Below are positions 37,612 to 46,552 of a stretch of DNA of 64,000 nucleotides, piece after piece (position 1 is the stretch's first letter; the number at the start of each line of letters is the position of its first letter). The translations under genes were made by a program, and so were the position numbers. This DNA is from Lysobacterales bacterium (GTDB taxonomy: Bacteria > Pseudomonadota > Gammaproteobacteria > Xanthomonadales > Xanthomonadaceae), in assembly GCA_015655355.1 (NCBI GenBank), contig JAATFG010000082.1:12874-76873 (forward strand). The letters are read 5' to 3'. A model generated the notes under the pieces. It was given only the letters and a program-made list of their open reading frames with translations, searched no databases and was not told where the DNA came from.

Positions 37612-38064
37612 TTACGATTTCTTCGCTTGCGCCGGCGCATCCGGTTCGACGCCCTTGCCCTTGTCGCCGGGGCCGCCGTCGCCGGGCGTGCCCCCGTTGA
37701 TGATGCGGCCATCGGGCAGGGTGACGAGGCGGCCATCGACCAGGTACGTGCCCGGTTTCTTGGTCAGATAACCGTCGACGACCAGGATGTCGCCGATCTT
37801 CACGTCGCCGCTCTTGAAACCGCGGCGTGACAGCGCGCCGGGGCCGGCGCCTTCCACCGCCCAGTTGTGCACCGAACCGTCGGAGCTCACCACGTCGATG
37901 TGGAAATAGGTGTGCGGATTGGTCCAGTCGATCTTGGTCAGCTTGCCCTTCAGCCGCACCGGCTTGTTCGCGTCGTACAGCGCGGCGAAGGAGTGGTGCG
38001 CGAAGGCCGGGGCGGACAGCAGCGCGATGCCGACCAGCGCGGCGCGGAGCAGGTGTTTTTTCAT
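37612..38064 (-). CDS. DUF6152-like secreted protein
   Basis: Signal peptide ending PAFA followed by HHSFAALYD; IDWTNPH, WAVEG, KIGD. Confidence 0.8.
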   Translation of the reverse strand: MKKHLLRAALVGIALLSAPAFAHHSFAALYDANKPVRLKGKLTKIDWTNPHTYFHIDVVSSDGSVHNWAVEGAGPGALSRRGFKSGDVKIGDILVVDGYLTKKPGTYLVDGRLVTLPDGRIINGGTPGDGGPGDKGKGVEPDAPAQAKKS

Positions 38065-38216
38065 GGCGAACGGAATCGTGGATGGCATCGGAGCATTCTT
38101 GCCACTGCCCCGCGCATGCACTAATCACCAATGGTTGTGGCGTCATGTCATCGCGGCGTTTCGTCGCGCGCGCGACCACGCCGAGAATTTTCCGCTCGAC
38201 CATCGGGGTCCCGATC

Positions 38217-38858
38217 TTGAACACGCGCCACCTTTTCGCGCTCGCCAGCCTCGGCGTTGCCAGCGCTTTCGGCACCGCCTGCCATCGTCCCGAACCGGCC
38301 GCCGCGCCGGCGTCAATCGCGCCTTCGTCGGAGTTTTCCGCGACCAGTGCGCCGGTCGCATCGAACGACCTGCCGGTCGAGCCGCTGGTGACGCTGCAGG
38401 ACTTGATGAAGCACGAAGTGGATTATTCCGCCGACCGCATCTGGGATGCGAGCGGACGGATCATCACCGCCAAGGGCACGCAGGATTTGCGCCCGAAAAC
38501 CGACGCGGAGTGGGACGAGGTGCGCCATCACGCCGTGGTGCTGGTCGAAGCGACGAACCTGCTGGTCATTCCGAACCGCAAGGTCGCCGCCGTGCCGTTT
38601 CCGTCCGACGGACCGGGCGTGAACAGTTCGGATCAAATCCAGCAGCAGATCGATGCGCACCGTGACCAGTTCGACGCCTTCGCGCTTGGCCTGCGGGCAG
38701 TCGCGCAGCAGGAGCTGGCGGCGATAGAAAGGCACGATGCCGACAAGCTGCTGCAACTCGGCGATGACATGGACAGCGCCTGTGAAGCCTGCCACAAGGC
38801 CAACTGGTACCCGCATGAGGTAGTGCCACCACCACCGGCCAATCCGCCCTCGCCGTGA
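38217..38858 (+). CDS. Cytochrome c'-like (class II) monoheme lipoprotein
   Basis: TTG start gives a signal peptide ending in GTAC (possible lipobox); helical body; C-terminal CEACH heme motif. ATG 38145 is an alternative start. Confidence 0.72.
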   Translation: MNTRHLFALASLGVASAFGTACHRPEPAAAPASIAPSSEFSATSAPVASNDLPVEPLVTLQDLMKHEVDYSADRIWDASGRIITAKGTQDLRPKTDAEWDEVRHHAVVLVEATNLLVIPNRKVAAVPFPSDGPGVNSSDQIQQQIDAHRDQFDAFALGLRAVAQQELAAIERHDADKLLQLGDDMDSACEACHKANWYPHEVVPPPPANPPSP

Positions 38859-38909
38859 GCGTTGCTCCAGAATGGATGAGGAAATGGACGGCGCGACGGT
38901 CCGCGCGAT

Positions 38910-39764
38910 CTATCGAGCGACGATCTTGCCGGGCGGGCCGAACACGACGCGCATGCGTTCGCGCCAGCCGCACGTGCGGCGCAATTGGCCGAACATGTCC
39001 CGCCACGCATGCAAGGCGATCTTCAGCGGATTGTGGCTGCGCAGCGGCTCGACCAGGCCATAGCGCAGCGGTGCATCGCTGCGTTCGGCGCGGAACGTGC
39101 CGAATAGGCGGTCGAACACGATCAGCATGCCGCCGTAGTTGCAATCGAGGTACTCGGGATTGCTCGCGTGGTGCACGCGGTGGTGCGCCGGCGTGTTGAG
39201 CACGAACTCGAATGGCCGCGGCAATTTGCCGATCAGTTCGGTGTGCAGCCAGAACTGGTACAGCAGGTTCAGCGACAGCGCGGCCAGCACGCGGCGCACC
39301 GGGAAGCCGAGCCAGACCAGCGGCGCGAAGAACACCCCGCCGGCGGTGATCTGCGCGGTCCAGCCGAGCCGGTAGGCCGAGGCGAGGTTGAACTGGTTCG
39401 GCGAGTGGTGCACCGAATGGTTCAACCAGAACCAGTGCACGCGGTGGTCGGCGCGGTGCATCCAGTAGTAGCAGAATTCCTGGCCGAGGAAGAGCAGCGC
39501 CCATTGCCACCAGTGATCCATCGCGATGTCGGCGATGCGCCAGCGCGCGACCAGCAGCAGCAACGGCCCAATCACGCCGCTGCCGATCAGGGGCCGCAGG
39601 AGGCCGCGCCCGAACGCGTCGCCGAGCGAAGCCCAGTACGCCTTCCAATCGTAGTCGTGCCGGCGCCACGACAGCCACGCGCCTTCCGCTGCCGCGATCG
39701 CCGGCAGCAGCAGCGGCAGGGCGGACGGCCGCGGCGAAAGCTGGAGCAGGGCGAGCGCGGGCAT
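38910..39764 (-). CDS. Sterol desaturase / fatty-acid hydroxylase family di-iron membrane enzyme
   Basis: His boxes HRADH, HSVHH, HHRVHH; NYGG, FDRLFGTF. Confidence 0.9.
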   Translation of the reverse strand: MPALALLQLSPRPSALPLLLPAIAAAEGAWLSWRRHDYDWKAYWASLGDAFGRGLLRPLIGSGVIGPLLLLVARWRIADIAMDHWWQWALLFLGQEFCYYWMHRADHRVHWFWLNHSVHHSPNQFNLASAYRLGWTAQITAGGVFFAPLVWLGFPVRRVLAALSLNLLYQFWLHTELIGKLPRPFEFVLNTPAHHRVHHASNPEYLDCNYGGMLIVFDRLFGTFRAERSDAPLRYGLVEPLRSHNPLKIALHAWRDMFGQLRRTCGWRERMRVVFGPPGKIVAR

Positions 39765-39769
39765 GGCGA

Positions 39770-40075
39770 TCAGTTCGGCGTGGTCTGCTGCGCGTCGTTG
39801 CGGCGTGCGCGGAGTTGCGATGCCATCGCCTTCAGCTCGTCGGCATCGAGATAGCCGTCGTGGTTGCCGTCGAGTTGGTCGAAGCGCTTGGCGATGCGGG
39901 GCAACTTGGCCTCGGCTTCGGCCTTGCTGATCCTGCCGTCGTGGTCGGTATCGGCGGCCTGCAGGCGTTCGCGCATCGCCTGTTGCTGGGGGTTGTCGGT
40001 CTGCGCCTGTTGCTGGGCGCAGGCGTTGCAAGCGATGCCGAGCAGCAGGACGGCGGCGAGGCTGGAAATGCGCAT
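39770..40075 (-). CDS. Secreted two-EF-hand protein
   Basis: Signal peptide; canonical loops DTDHDGRISKAE and DGNHDGYLDADE. Confidence 0.88.
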   Translation of the reverse strand: MRISSLAAVLLLGIACNACAQQQAQTDNPQQQAMRERLQAADTDHDGRISKAEAEAKLPRIAKRFDQLDGNHDGYLDADELKAMASQLRARRNDAQQTTPN

Positions 40076-40148
40076 GGTGGTTTCCTCGATGAAGGAGCGG
40101 GTGAGTGGTGCGCCGTCCTTGGCGCGAGGGGAACGCCGGGGAGTGCGA

Positions 40149-40691
40149 TCAGTGCAGCGAGGCGCAATCGACGGTCGCGCCGCTGGCGTTGGTGCAGGTG
40201 CCGGTATGGGTGACGGCGCCGTTGCCGACCGTGGTCGTGCCGTCGTACGAGTTGCCGTTGGCGCCGCTCACGCTGGTCGCGCGCGCGCCGGCGACGCTGC
40301 CGTCGGCGCTCTTGCTGATGCTGCCGCTGCTGTGGCCGGTGGTGCCGTTGGCGGTGCTGACCGAAGCGCTGCTCTGGTGGCCCGCGCTGCCGTCGGCGTT
40401 CTTGTAGGCACTGCCTTGGCGATAGGCGCTGCCGCCGTTGGCGCCTTCGACCGAGGCATGGCTGGCCGCCGCGGCATTGCCGGCGCCGTCGCTGACGACG
40501 CGGTGGCCGCGCGCATAGCTGCCGTTGGCGCCGCGTCCTGCCGCACCGCCGGCACTGACGTGGGCGCCATCGGCGGCGGTGCCGGACACGTGCCCGCGGA
40601 TCCGGCCGGCCATGGCGTCCGTCGAGGCGAGGGTGGAAATGCCGGCCACGAGCAACAGGCTCAGCAACAAGGGGGTCTTTTGCACGTTCAT
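40149..40691 (-). CDS. Secreted Gly/Ala/Ser-rich repeat protein
   Basis: Signal peptide; repeated GANG/TANG and ADG turns; C-terminal CTNASGATVDC. Confidence 0.75.
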   Translation of the reverse strand: MNVQKTPLLLSLLLVAGISTLASTDAMAGRIRGHVSGTAADGAHVSAGGAAGRGANGSYARGHRVVSDGAGNAAAASHASVEGANGGSAYRQGSAYKNADGSAGHQSSASVSTANGTTGHSSGSISKSADGSVAGARATSVSGANGNSYDGTTTVGNGAVTHTGTCTNASGATVDCASLH

Positions 40692-40774
40692 GGGTCTGTC
40701 TCCGCAAGGTCGCGTCGCGGAATGCGCCGCGGTGGACACAGCCTGCCCGCTGGCCCGATCGCGGTGTTTGCCGG

Positions 40775-40824
40775 TTTGCAAGCAAATGTTTCCGCGCCAC
40801 GGATGCGAAACATTCGCTGGCACA
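40775..40824. promoter_or_regulatory. Inverted pair of 18-bp OmpR-type boxes between divergent genes
   Basis: GAAACATTTGCTTGCAAA (minus, 40775-92) vs GAAACATTCGCTGGCACA (plus, 40807-24), 15/18 identical. Confidence 0.55.
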
Positions 40825-40867
40825 ATCGCCGGCGTGTTGTTTCCGGTTCAGCGATAACGTGTCGGCC

Positions 40868-41590
40868 ATGAACGAATCCCCGCCCCGCCTGCTGCTCGTC
40901 GACGACGACCCGCGCCTGCGCGACCTGCTGCAGCGCTACCTCGAAGCGCAGGGCTTCGAGGTGCGCGGCGTCGGCGACGGCGCGCAACTGCGCCAGGCGC
41001 TGGATCGCGGCCATTACGACCTGATCGTGCTCGACCTGATGCTGCCGGACGAAAGCGGGCTGGACATCTGCCGCAAGCTGCGCGGCCACGGCGACGACAC
41101 GCCGGTGTTGATGCTGACCGCGAAGGGCGACGAAATCGATCGCATCGTCGGTCTCGAGATCGGCGCCGACGACTACATCCCCAAGCCGGTCAATCCGCGC
41201 GAACTGCTGGCGCGCATCCGCGCGGTGCTGCGGCGCACGCCGACGCTCGCCCCCGGCGCGCCGCGGGCGGACGGCGGCGACATCCGCTTCGGCGCGTTCC
41301 GCCTCGATTTCGGCACGCGCGAACTGACCCGCGACGGCGAAGCGCTGCGCCTGACCTCCGGCGAATTCGCGGTGCTGGCGGTATTGCTGCGCCATCCGCG
41401 CCAGTCGCTGTCGCGCGACCGCCTGATGAGCCTGGCGCGCGGGCGCGAACACGATGCCTTCGAGCGCAGCGTCGATGTCGTCGTCGCCCGCTTGCGCAAG
41501 TTGCTCGAAGACGACCCGAAGCAGCCGCGCATCCTGCAGACCGTGTGGGGCGCCGGTTACGTGTTCGTGCCGCCGGAGCCGCAGCCGTGA
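40868..41590 (+). CDS. OmpR-family response regulator
   Basis: LVDDD, LDLMLP, MLTAKG, GADDYIPKP; wHTH ending QTVWGAGY. Confidence 0.95.
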   Translation: MNESPPRLLLVDDDPRLRDLLQRYLEAQGFEVRGVGDGAQLRQALDRGHYDLIVLDLMLPDESGLDICRKLRGHGDDTPVLMLTAKGDEIDRIVGLEIGADDYIPKPVNPRELLARIRAVLRRTPTLAPGAPRADGGDIRFGAFRLDFGTRELTRDGEALRLTSGEFAVLAVLLRHPRQSLSRDRLMSLARGREHDAFERSVDVVVARLRKLLEDDPKQPRILQTVWGAGYVFVPPEPQP

Positions 41591-42855
41591 CGCCCGCGCC
41601 GCGCAGCGTGTTCGCGCAACTGGCGTGGACGATCACGCTGGTGCTGCTCGGCGCCGGCGCATTGGCCGTGCTGCTGGGCCGCGAATTCGCCACGCGCCCG
41701 GCGACGGATCAACTGCTGCGCTCGATCGATGCCTTCGCCACCACCGTGGAGCAACTCGACCGCACCCAGCCGCCGGCGCGCACGCTGCAACTGCTGCGGC
41801 AAAGCGGACTGGAAGTGCGCAGCGATCCGCCGCCGCTCGAGCCGGTGCGCTCCGCGCTGGTGCTGCGCATGGTGCAGCGGCGCGTGTCGGCCACGCTTGG
41901 CCGGCGCCGCGAAATCCGCTTCGGCCGCGATCCGCGCGGCGCAGTGCTGTGGATGCGGCTGGATACCGCGCCGCCGTTGTGGGTCGCCTTCAGCTACGAG
42001 AAAGTGCGCGGCGGCACGCGGCGGTTCTCGGTGCTGCTGCTGTCCGGCTGCGTGCTGCTGGTGTGGCTGGCCGCGGCGTATTTCGCGCGCCGCCTGGTGC
42101 AGCCGTTGCGTGCGCTGGCGCAGGCCGCGCCGGGCATCGTCCACGGCGAAGCGCCGCCGTTGCGCGTCGATGGCCCGCGCGAAGTCGCCGAACTGGCCGC
42201 TGCGCTGGCCCAGTCCGGCCGCGACGTGCGTGCCGCCGCCGAGGAGCGCGCGCTGATGCTGGCCGGCATTTCCCACGACCTGCGCACGCCGTTGACCCGC
42301 CTGCAATTCGCGCTGGAGTTGCTGCCGGACACCGACCCGGCGCTGCGCGCAGGCATGGTCCGCGACATCGAGGAGGTCGACGCGATCCTGTCGCAGTTCA
42401 TCGCCTATGCGCGCGACGGCCGCGACGAAGCCAGCGAGGCGCTCGACCTCGCCGCGATCTGCCGCAATGCGGTCGCGGCGTCTTCCGTCGCGTGGACGGT
42501 GGAAGCGCCGCACGCAGCGCCGCTGCGCGGGCGGCCGATGGCCCTGCTGCGCGCGGTCGAGAACCTCGTGGTCAATGCGCAGAAGCATGGCGGCGCGCCG
42601 TATGCGCTGCGGCTGTCGCGTGCAGGCGATGCATGGCGCATCGAGGTCGCCGACGGCGGCGCGGGCCTCGATGCCGAAACCATCGAGCGCGTGCGCCAAC
42701 CGTTCGTGCGCGATGCCGTGCGCAGCGGCGCCGCCGGCAGCGGCCTCGGTCTGGCCATCGTCGAACGCGTCGCCAGGCAGCATGGCGGCGAATTGCAATT
42801 GTTGCCGAATGCACCACATGGCCTGCGCGCGGTGCTGTCGCTGCGCGGCGCATGA
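41587..42855 (+). CDS. EnvZ-like sensor histidine kinase
   Basis: Two TM segments, HAMP, H-box ISHDLRTPL, ENLVVNA, ADGGAG, GSGLGLAI. Confidence 0.93.
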   Translation: MTPAPRSVFAQLAWTITLVLLGAGALAVLLGREFATRPATDQLLRSIDAFATTVEQLDRTQPPARTLQLLRQSGLEVRSDPPPLEPVRSALVLRMVQRRVSATLGRRREIRFGRDPRGAVLWMRLDTAPPLWVAFSYEKVRGGTRRFSVLLLSGCVLLVWLAAAYFARRLVQPLRALAQAAPGIVHGEAPPLRVDGPREVAELAAALAQSGRDVRAAAEERALMLAGISHDLRTPLTRLQFALELLPDTDPALRAGMVRDIEEVDAILSQFIAYARDGRDEASEALDLAAICRNAVAASSVAWTVEAPHAAPLRGRPMALLRAVENLVVNAQKHGGAPYALRLSRAGDAWRIEVADGGAGLDAETIERVRQPFVRDAVRSGAAGSGLGLAIVERVARQHGGELQLLPNAPHGLRAVLSLRGA

Positions 42856-42871
42856 TCGAAGGGAGAATGTG

Positions 42872-43801
42872 ATGAAAACCGCCATGGCGATCGGTTTGTG
42901 GCTGTCGTTGGCGACAACGCATGCGTTCGCGCAGGCCAGCGTGCCGGCGGACGCGACAGGCGGCGGGTTGCGTGCGCGCCTGGAGCAGATGCGCGAAGCC
43001 AGCCGACAGCAACGCGCGGTCGCGCTGCCGGCCGGCGCGCGAGCGCTTCGCGACGTTGCCTACGGTGCCGACGCCGCGCAGCGTTTCGACCTGTACCTGC
43101 CGGCGGACGCGGGAAAATCCCGGCCGCTGCCGGTGATCTTCTACGTGCACGGCGGCGGCTGGGCCAACGGCGACAAGACCAACCCGGGCATCGAAAACAA
43201 GCTCGCTTTCTGGCTGCCGAAGGGCTATGCGCTGGTGTCGGCGGATTACCGCATGCTGCCGGAGGCGAAGCCGCTCGAGCAGGCGCGCGACATCGCCGCG
43301 GCGGTGGATTGCCTCGCCGCGCACGCGCCGCAATGGAACCTCGATCCCGCGCGCATCGTGCTGATGGGGCATTCCGCCGGCGCGCACCTGGTCGCCTTGC
43401 TTGGCGCCGACCCGCGCCTGTTGCGTGTCGCGCGGCCGCGCGGCGTGGTGTCGCTGGACAGCGGCGCGATCGACGTGGCCCGGCTGATGTCGCAGCGTTT
43501 CGTGCCGCAGTTGTTCAAGGACGCGTTCGGCAACGACCCGGCGTACTGGGCGCAGGCCTCGCCGTTCGACCGGCTCGGCAAGGACGCCTTGCCGATGCTG
43601 CTGGTCTGCTCGTCTTCGCGCCGCGTGCCGATGCCGCCATGCGACGAAGCGCGTGCGTTCGCGCGGAAGGCGCAAGGCGCCGGCGTGCCGATGCAGGTAT
43701 TGCCCGAGGCGCTGAACCACATGCAGATCAACCGCGACCTCGGCCTGTCGTCGGATTACACCGCTGCCGTGTCGGACTACATCGACGTTCTCGTGCGTTG
43801 A
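42872..43801 (+). CDS. Secreted alpha/beta hydrolase (HSL-like esterase)
   Basis: Signal peptide; HGGGW, GHSAG. Confidence 0.9.
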   Translation: MKTAMAIGLWLSLATTHAFAQASVPADATGGGLRARLEQMREASRQQRAVALPAGARALRDVAYGADAAQRFDLYLPADAGKSRPLPVIFYVHGGGWANGDKTNPGIENKLAFWLPKGYALVSADYRMLPEAKPLEQARDIAAAVDCLAAHAPQWNLDPARIVLMGHSAGAHLVALLGADPRLLRVARPRGVVSLDSGAIDVARLMSQRFVPQLFKDAFGNDPAYWAQASPFDRLGKDALPMLLVCSSSRRVPMPPCDEARAFARKAQGAGVPMQVLPEALNHMQINRDLGLSSDYTAAVSDYIDVLVR

Positions 43802-43811
43802 GCGCGGCGGC

Positions 43812-44183
43812 TCATGCGTTCTTCGCCTTGAACTCGGCGCGCGCCGCGCGGATCGCGTCGTGGTGCTTGTCGGCCCACGTCACCAGTGCCTCGATGTGCG
43901 GGACGAAGCTGCGGCCGGTGTCGGTCAGCGCGTATTCGACGCTCGGCGGCTTGCTCGGATGCACCGTGCGCGCGACCAGTCCGTCCTCTTCCAGCGTGCG
44001 CAGGGTCTTGGCCAGCATGCGCTTGGAAATGTCGTCGATGCGCCGCTGCAATTCGGAAAAACGCAGCGTGCCGGCGGCCAGTTCCTGCAGCACCAGCGTG
44101 CTCCAGCGGTCGCCGAGGCGGTCGAGCACGTCGCGCACCGGACAGGCGGCGCGGTAGGAAGCACGGGAGGCATGCAAGGTCAT
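43812..44183 (-). CDS. HxlR-family winged-helix regulator
   Basis: [28 protein letters not shown]. Confidence 0.92.
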   Translation of the reverse strand: MTLHASRASYRAACPVRDVLDRLGDRWSTLVLQELAAGTLRFSELQRRIDDISKRMLAKTLRTLEEDGLVARTVHPSKPPSVEYALTDTGRSFVPHIEALVTWADKHHDAIRAARAEFKAKNA

Positions 44184-44276
44184 ATGACGATGTTCGATGG
44201 GGTTATCACCAAGTTACCTGGCGACGTGGGGTTCCCTTCTTGGCAAAGCGCCATGCCGCGTCCATCATGATGCCAC

Positions 44277-44293
44277 GGTTACTTTTGGTAACC
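44277..44293. promoter_or_regulatory. Palindromic operator candidate for HxlR
   Basis: GGTTAC-TTTTG-GTAACC between the divergent hxlR and oxidoreductase genes. Confidence 0.55.
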
Positions 44294-44328
44294 AAATGGA
44301 TTCCGGTCCACAACAGAGGAGTTTGACC

Positions 44329-44940
44329 ATGTCACGCATTGCCATCATCGGCGGCACCGGCAACGTTGGCCAGCGCATCGCGCGCGAAGCCTTGAGTCGC
44401 GGCCATCAGGTCACCGTCGTCGCGCGCAAGTCCGCGGAAATCCCGCAGGGCGCGGGTTTCGTCGAAGGCGACGTCGCGCTCGATCCGGCCGCGCTCGGCG
44501 CGAAGCTGCAAGGCCACGACGTGCTGGTCAGTTCGGCGCGCTTCGCCACGGTCACCGCCGCGCCGGTGCTTGCCGCGACGCACGCGGCGGGGATCAAGCG
44601 CCTGCTCGTCGTCGGTGGCGCCGGTTCGCTGGAAGTCGCGCCGGGCGTGCGCCTGATCGACACGCCGGAATTCCCCGCGGCATACAAGGAAGAGGCCGGC
44701 GCCGGCGCGCAATTCCTCGCCGACCTGCGCGAGGTCGGCGACCTCGACTGGAGCTTCCTGTCGCCGGCCGCGTTCTTCGGCCCGGGCGAACGCACCGGCA
44801 CGTTCCGCCTCGGCGGCGATGGGTTCTTCACCGACGCCAACGGCGCGAGCAAAATCTCGTACGAGGACTACGCCGTCGCCCTGCTCGACGAAATCGAGAA
44901 GCCGGCGCACCTGCGCCAGCGTTTCAGCGTCGCGTATTGA
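44329..44940 (+). CDS. NAD(P)-dependent oxidoreductase (YwnB/flavin reductase-like)
   Basis: GAGGAG RBS; IIGGTGNVG, VVGGAGSL, ISYEDYA. Confidence 0.9.
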   Translation: MSRIAIIGGTGNVGQRIAREALSRGHQVTVVARKSAEIPQGAGFVEGDVALDPAALGAKLQGHDVLVSSARFATVTAAPVLAATHAAGIKRLLVVGGAGSLEVAPGVRLIDTPEFPAAYKEEAGAGAQFLADLREVGDLDWSFLSPAAFFGPGERTGTFRLGGDGFFTDANGASKISYEDYAVALLDEIEKPAHLRQRFSVAY

Positions 44941-45006
44941 GCCGCGACTTTTTGCGGCGCGATGGCATCGGGCGCAGTCGGTTCGCGTTCGATGCCGCGT
45001 CATCGC

Positions 45007-45411
45007 TCACGCCGCCGGCAGCGGCGGCGCGGGCGTGGGCCGGCCCAGCGGGTCCAGCGCGATCATCGTGAAGCGACCCTGCGTGCACAGCTTGCGCGCA
45101 CCGCTGAGCAGGTCCTCGGCAACCACGTCGATTTCGACCTGCATCGAGGTGCGGCCGACCTTGACGATCTTCGCGATCACCTCGACCAGGTCGCCCTTGT
45201 GGATCGGCTGGTTGAAATCCACCTGCTCCGAGCGCGCAGTGACCACGGTGCTGCGCGCGTAGCGCGAGGCGACGATGAAGGCGGCCATGTCCATCCATGC
45301 CAGCGCCTGGCCGCCGAACAGCGTGCCGAGGTGGTTGGTGTGGTCGGGGAAGACCATCTGCAGCAGGCGCGCTTCGGTGGGGCGGGCTTCGGCGGTGGCG
45401 ATTTCGGACAT
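45007..45411 (-). CDS. Acyl-CoA thioesterase (YciA-like hotdog)
   Basis: VFPDHTNHLGTLFGG, VGRTSM. Confidence 0.9.
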   Translation of the reverse strand: MSEIATAEARPTEARLLQMVFPDHTNHLGTLFGGQALAWMDMAAFIVASRYARSTVVTARSEQVDFNQPIHKGDLVEVIAKIVKVGRTSMQVEIDVVAEDLLSGARKLCTQGRFTMIALDPLGRPTPAPPLPAA

Positions 45412-45466
45412 TTCGGTTCCTCGTGGCGACGGGCTGTTTCGCGCCCAGCATGCCATGCGCCAGCGC

Positions 45467-46552
45467 TCAGGTGAGGTGTTCCGAGGCGAGGTATTCGGCG
45501 CTTTGCATCTCGATCAGGCGCGAGGCGGTGCGCTCGAACGCGCCCTGCAGGCGCGCGCCGGAATACAGCGCGGTCGGGTTCGCGGCGGCGGTGCAGACCA
45601 GGTTGACGCGGCGGTCGTAGGCTTCGTCGATGAAGTTGACGAAGCGGCGCGCGGCGTCTTCGTTCATCGCGTCGAACAGCGGGATGCCGCCGAGCAGCAC
45701 GGTGTTGAACTCGCGCGCGATCTCGATGTAGTCGGTGGTGCCGCGCGGGCCTTCGCACAGCGCGGCGAAATCGAACCAGGCGATGCTCTTGCCACGGCCG
45801 CGCACCGGGATCTTGCGCGAATCGATCTCGATGTTGCCGGTCTTCGCCTCGATGCCGCCGCTCAATTCCTTCCAGCGCGAAGCGAGCCACGCGTCGTTGC
45901 CGTTGATCTGATAGACCGGCGAACGGGTGAGTGCACGCAGCCGATAGTCTTCCTGCCCGTCGCTGCGCAGCACCACGCAGTTGTGTTGCAGCATCGCGAT
46001 CGCCGGCAAAAAACCGGCGCGTTGCAGGCCGTCCTTGTACAGGTTTTCCGGCGCGGTGTTCGAGGTGGTGACGAGGGTGATGCCTTCGGCGAACAGCCGC
46101 GCCAGCAGGCGCGCCAGCAGCATCGCATCGCCGATGTCGGTGACGAAGAATTCGTCCAGCACCAGCACGCGCAGCTTGCCGCGCAGCTCGTGCGCGATCT
46201 TCACCAGCGGGTCGGCTTCGCCGGCGTGGTCGCGCAGGCGTTCGTGCACGCCGCGCATGAAGCGGTGGAAGTGGGTGCGGTATTTCTGCGCGATCGGCAG
46301 GTTGTCGTAGAACAGATCGACCAGGAAGGTCTTGCCGCGTCCGACCTCGCCCCAGTAATACAGGCCTTTCACCGGCTCGGGTTGCTTGCCCAGCAGCTTG
46401 TCGAACAGGCCCTGCTTCGGCGCCTGCAACAGCGCGGCGTGGATGCGGTCGAGTTCGCGCAGCGCCGGCTGTTGCGCCGGATCGTCGCGCCAGCCTTCGT
46501 CCACGACGCCTTGCGCATAGCGCTGCGAGGGCAGCATTGCGTCGCCGCTCAT
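45467..46552 (-). CDS. zapE: Cell division ATPase ZapE (AFG1 family)
   Basis: GLYYWGEVGRGKT, HFHRFM, DEFFVTDIGDAM, TTSN, FERTASRL. Confidence 0.93.
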   Translation of the reverse strand: MSGDAMLPSQRYAQGVVDEGWRDDPAQQPALRELDRIHAALLQAPKQGLFDKLLGKQPEPVKGLYYWGEVGRGKTFLVDLFYDNLPIAQKYRTHFHRFMRGVHERLRDHAGEADPLVKIAHELRGKLRVLVLDEFFVTDIGDAMLLARLLARLFAEGITLVTTSNTAPENLYKDGLQRAGFLPAIAMLQHNCVVLRSDGQEDYRLRALTRSPVYQINGNDAWLASRWKELSGGIEAKTGNIEIDSRKIPVRGRGKSIAWFDFAALCEGPRGTTDYIEIAREFNTVLLGGIPLFDAMNEDAARRFVNFIDEAYDRRVNLVCTAAANPTALYSGARLQGAFERTASRLIEMQSAEYLASEHLT

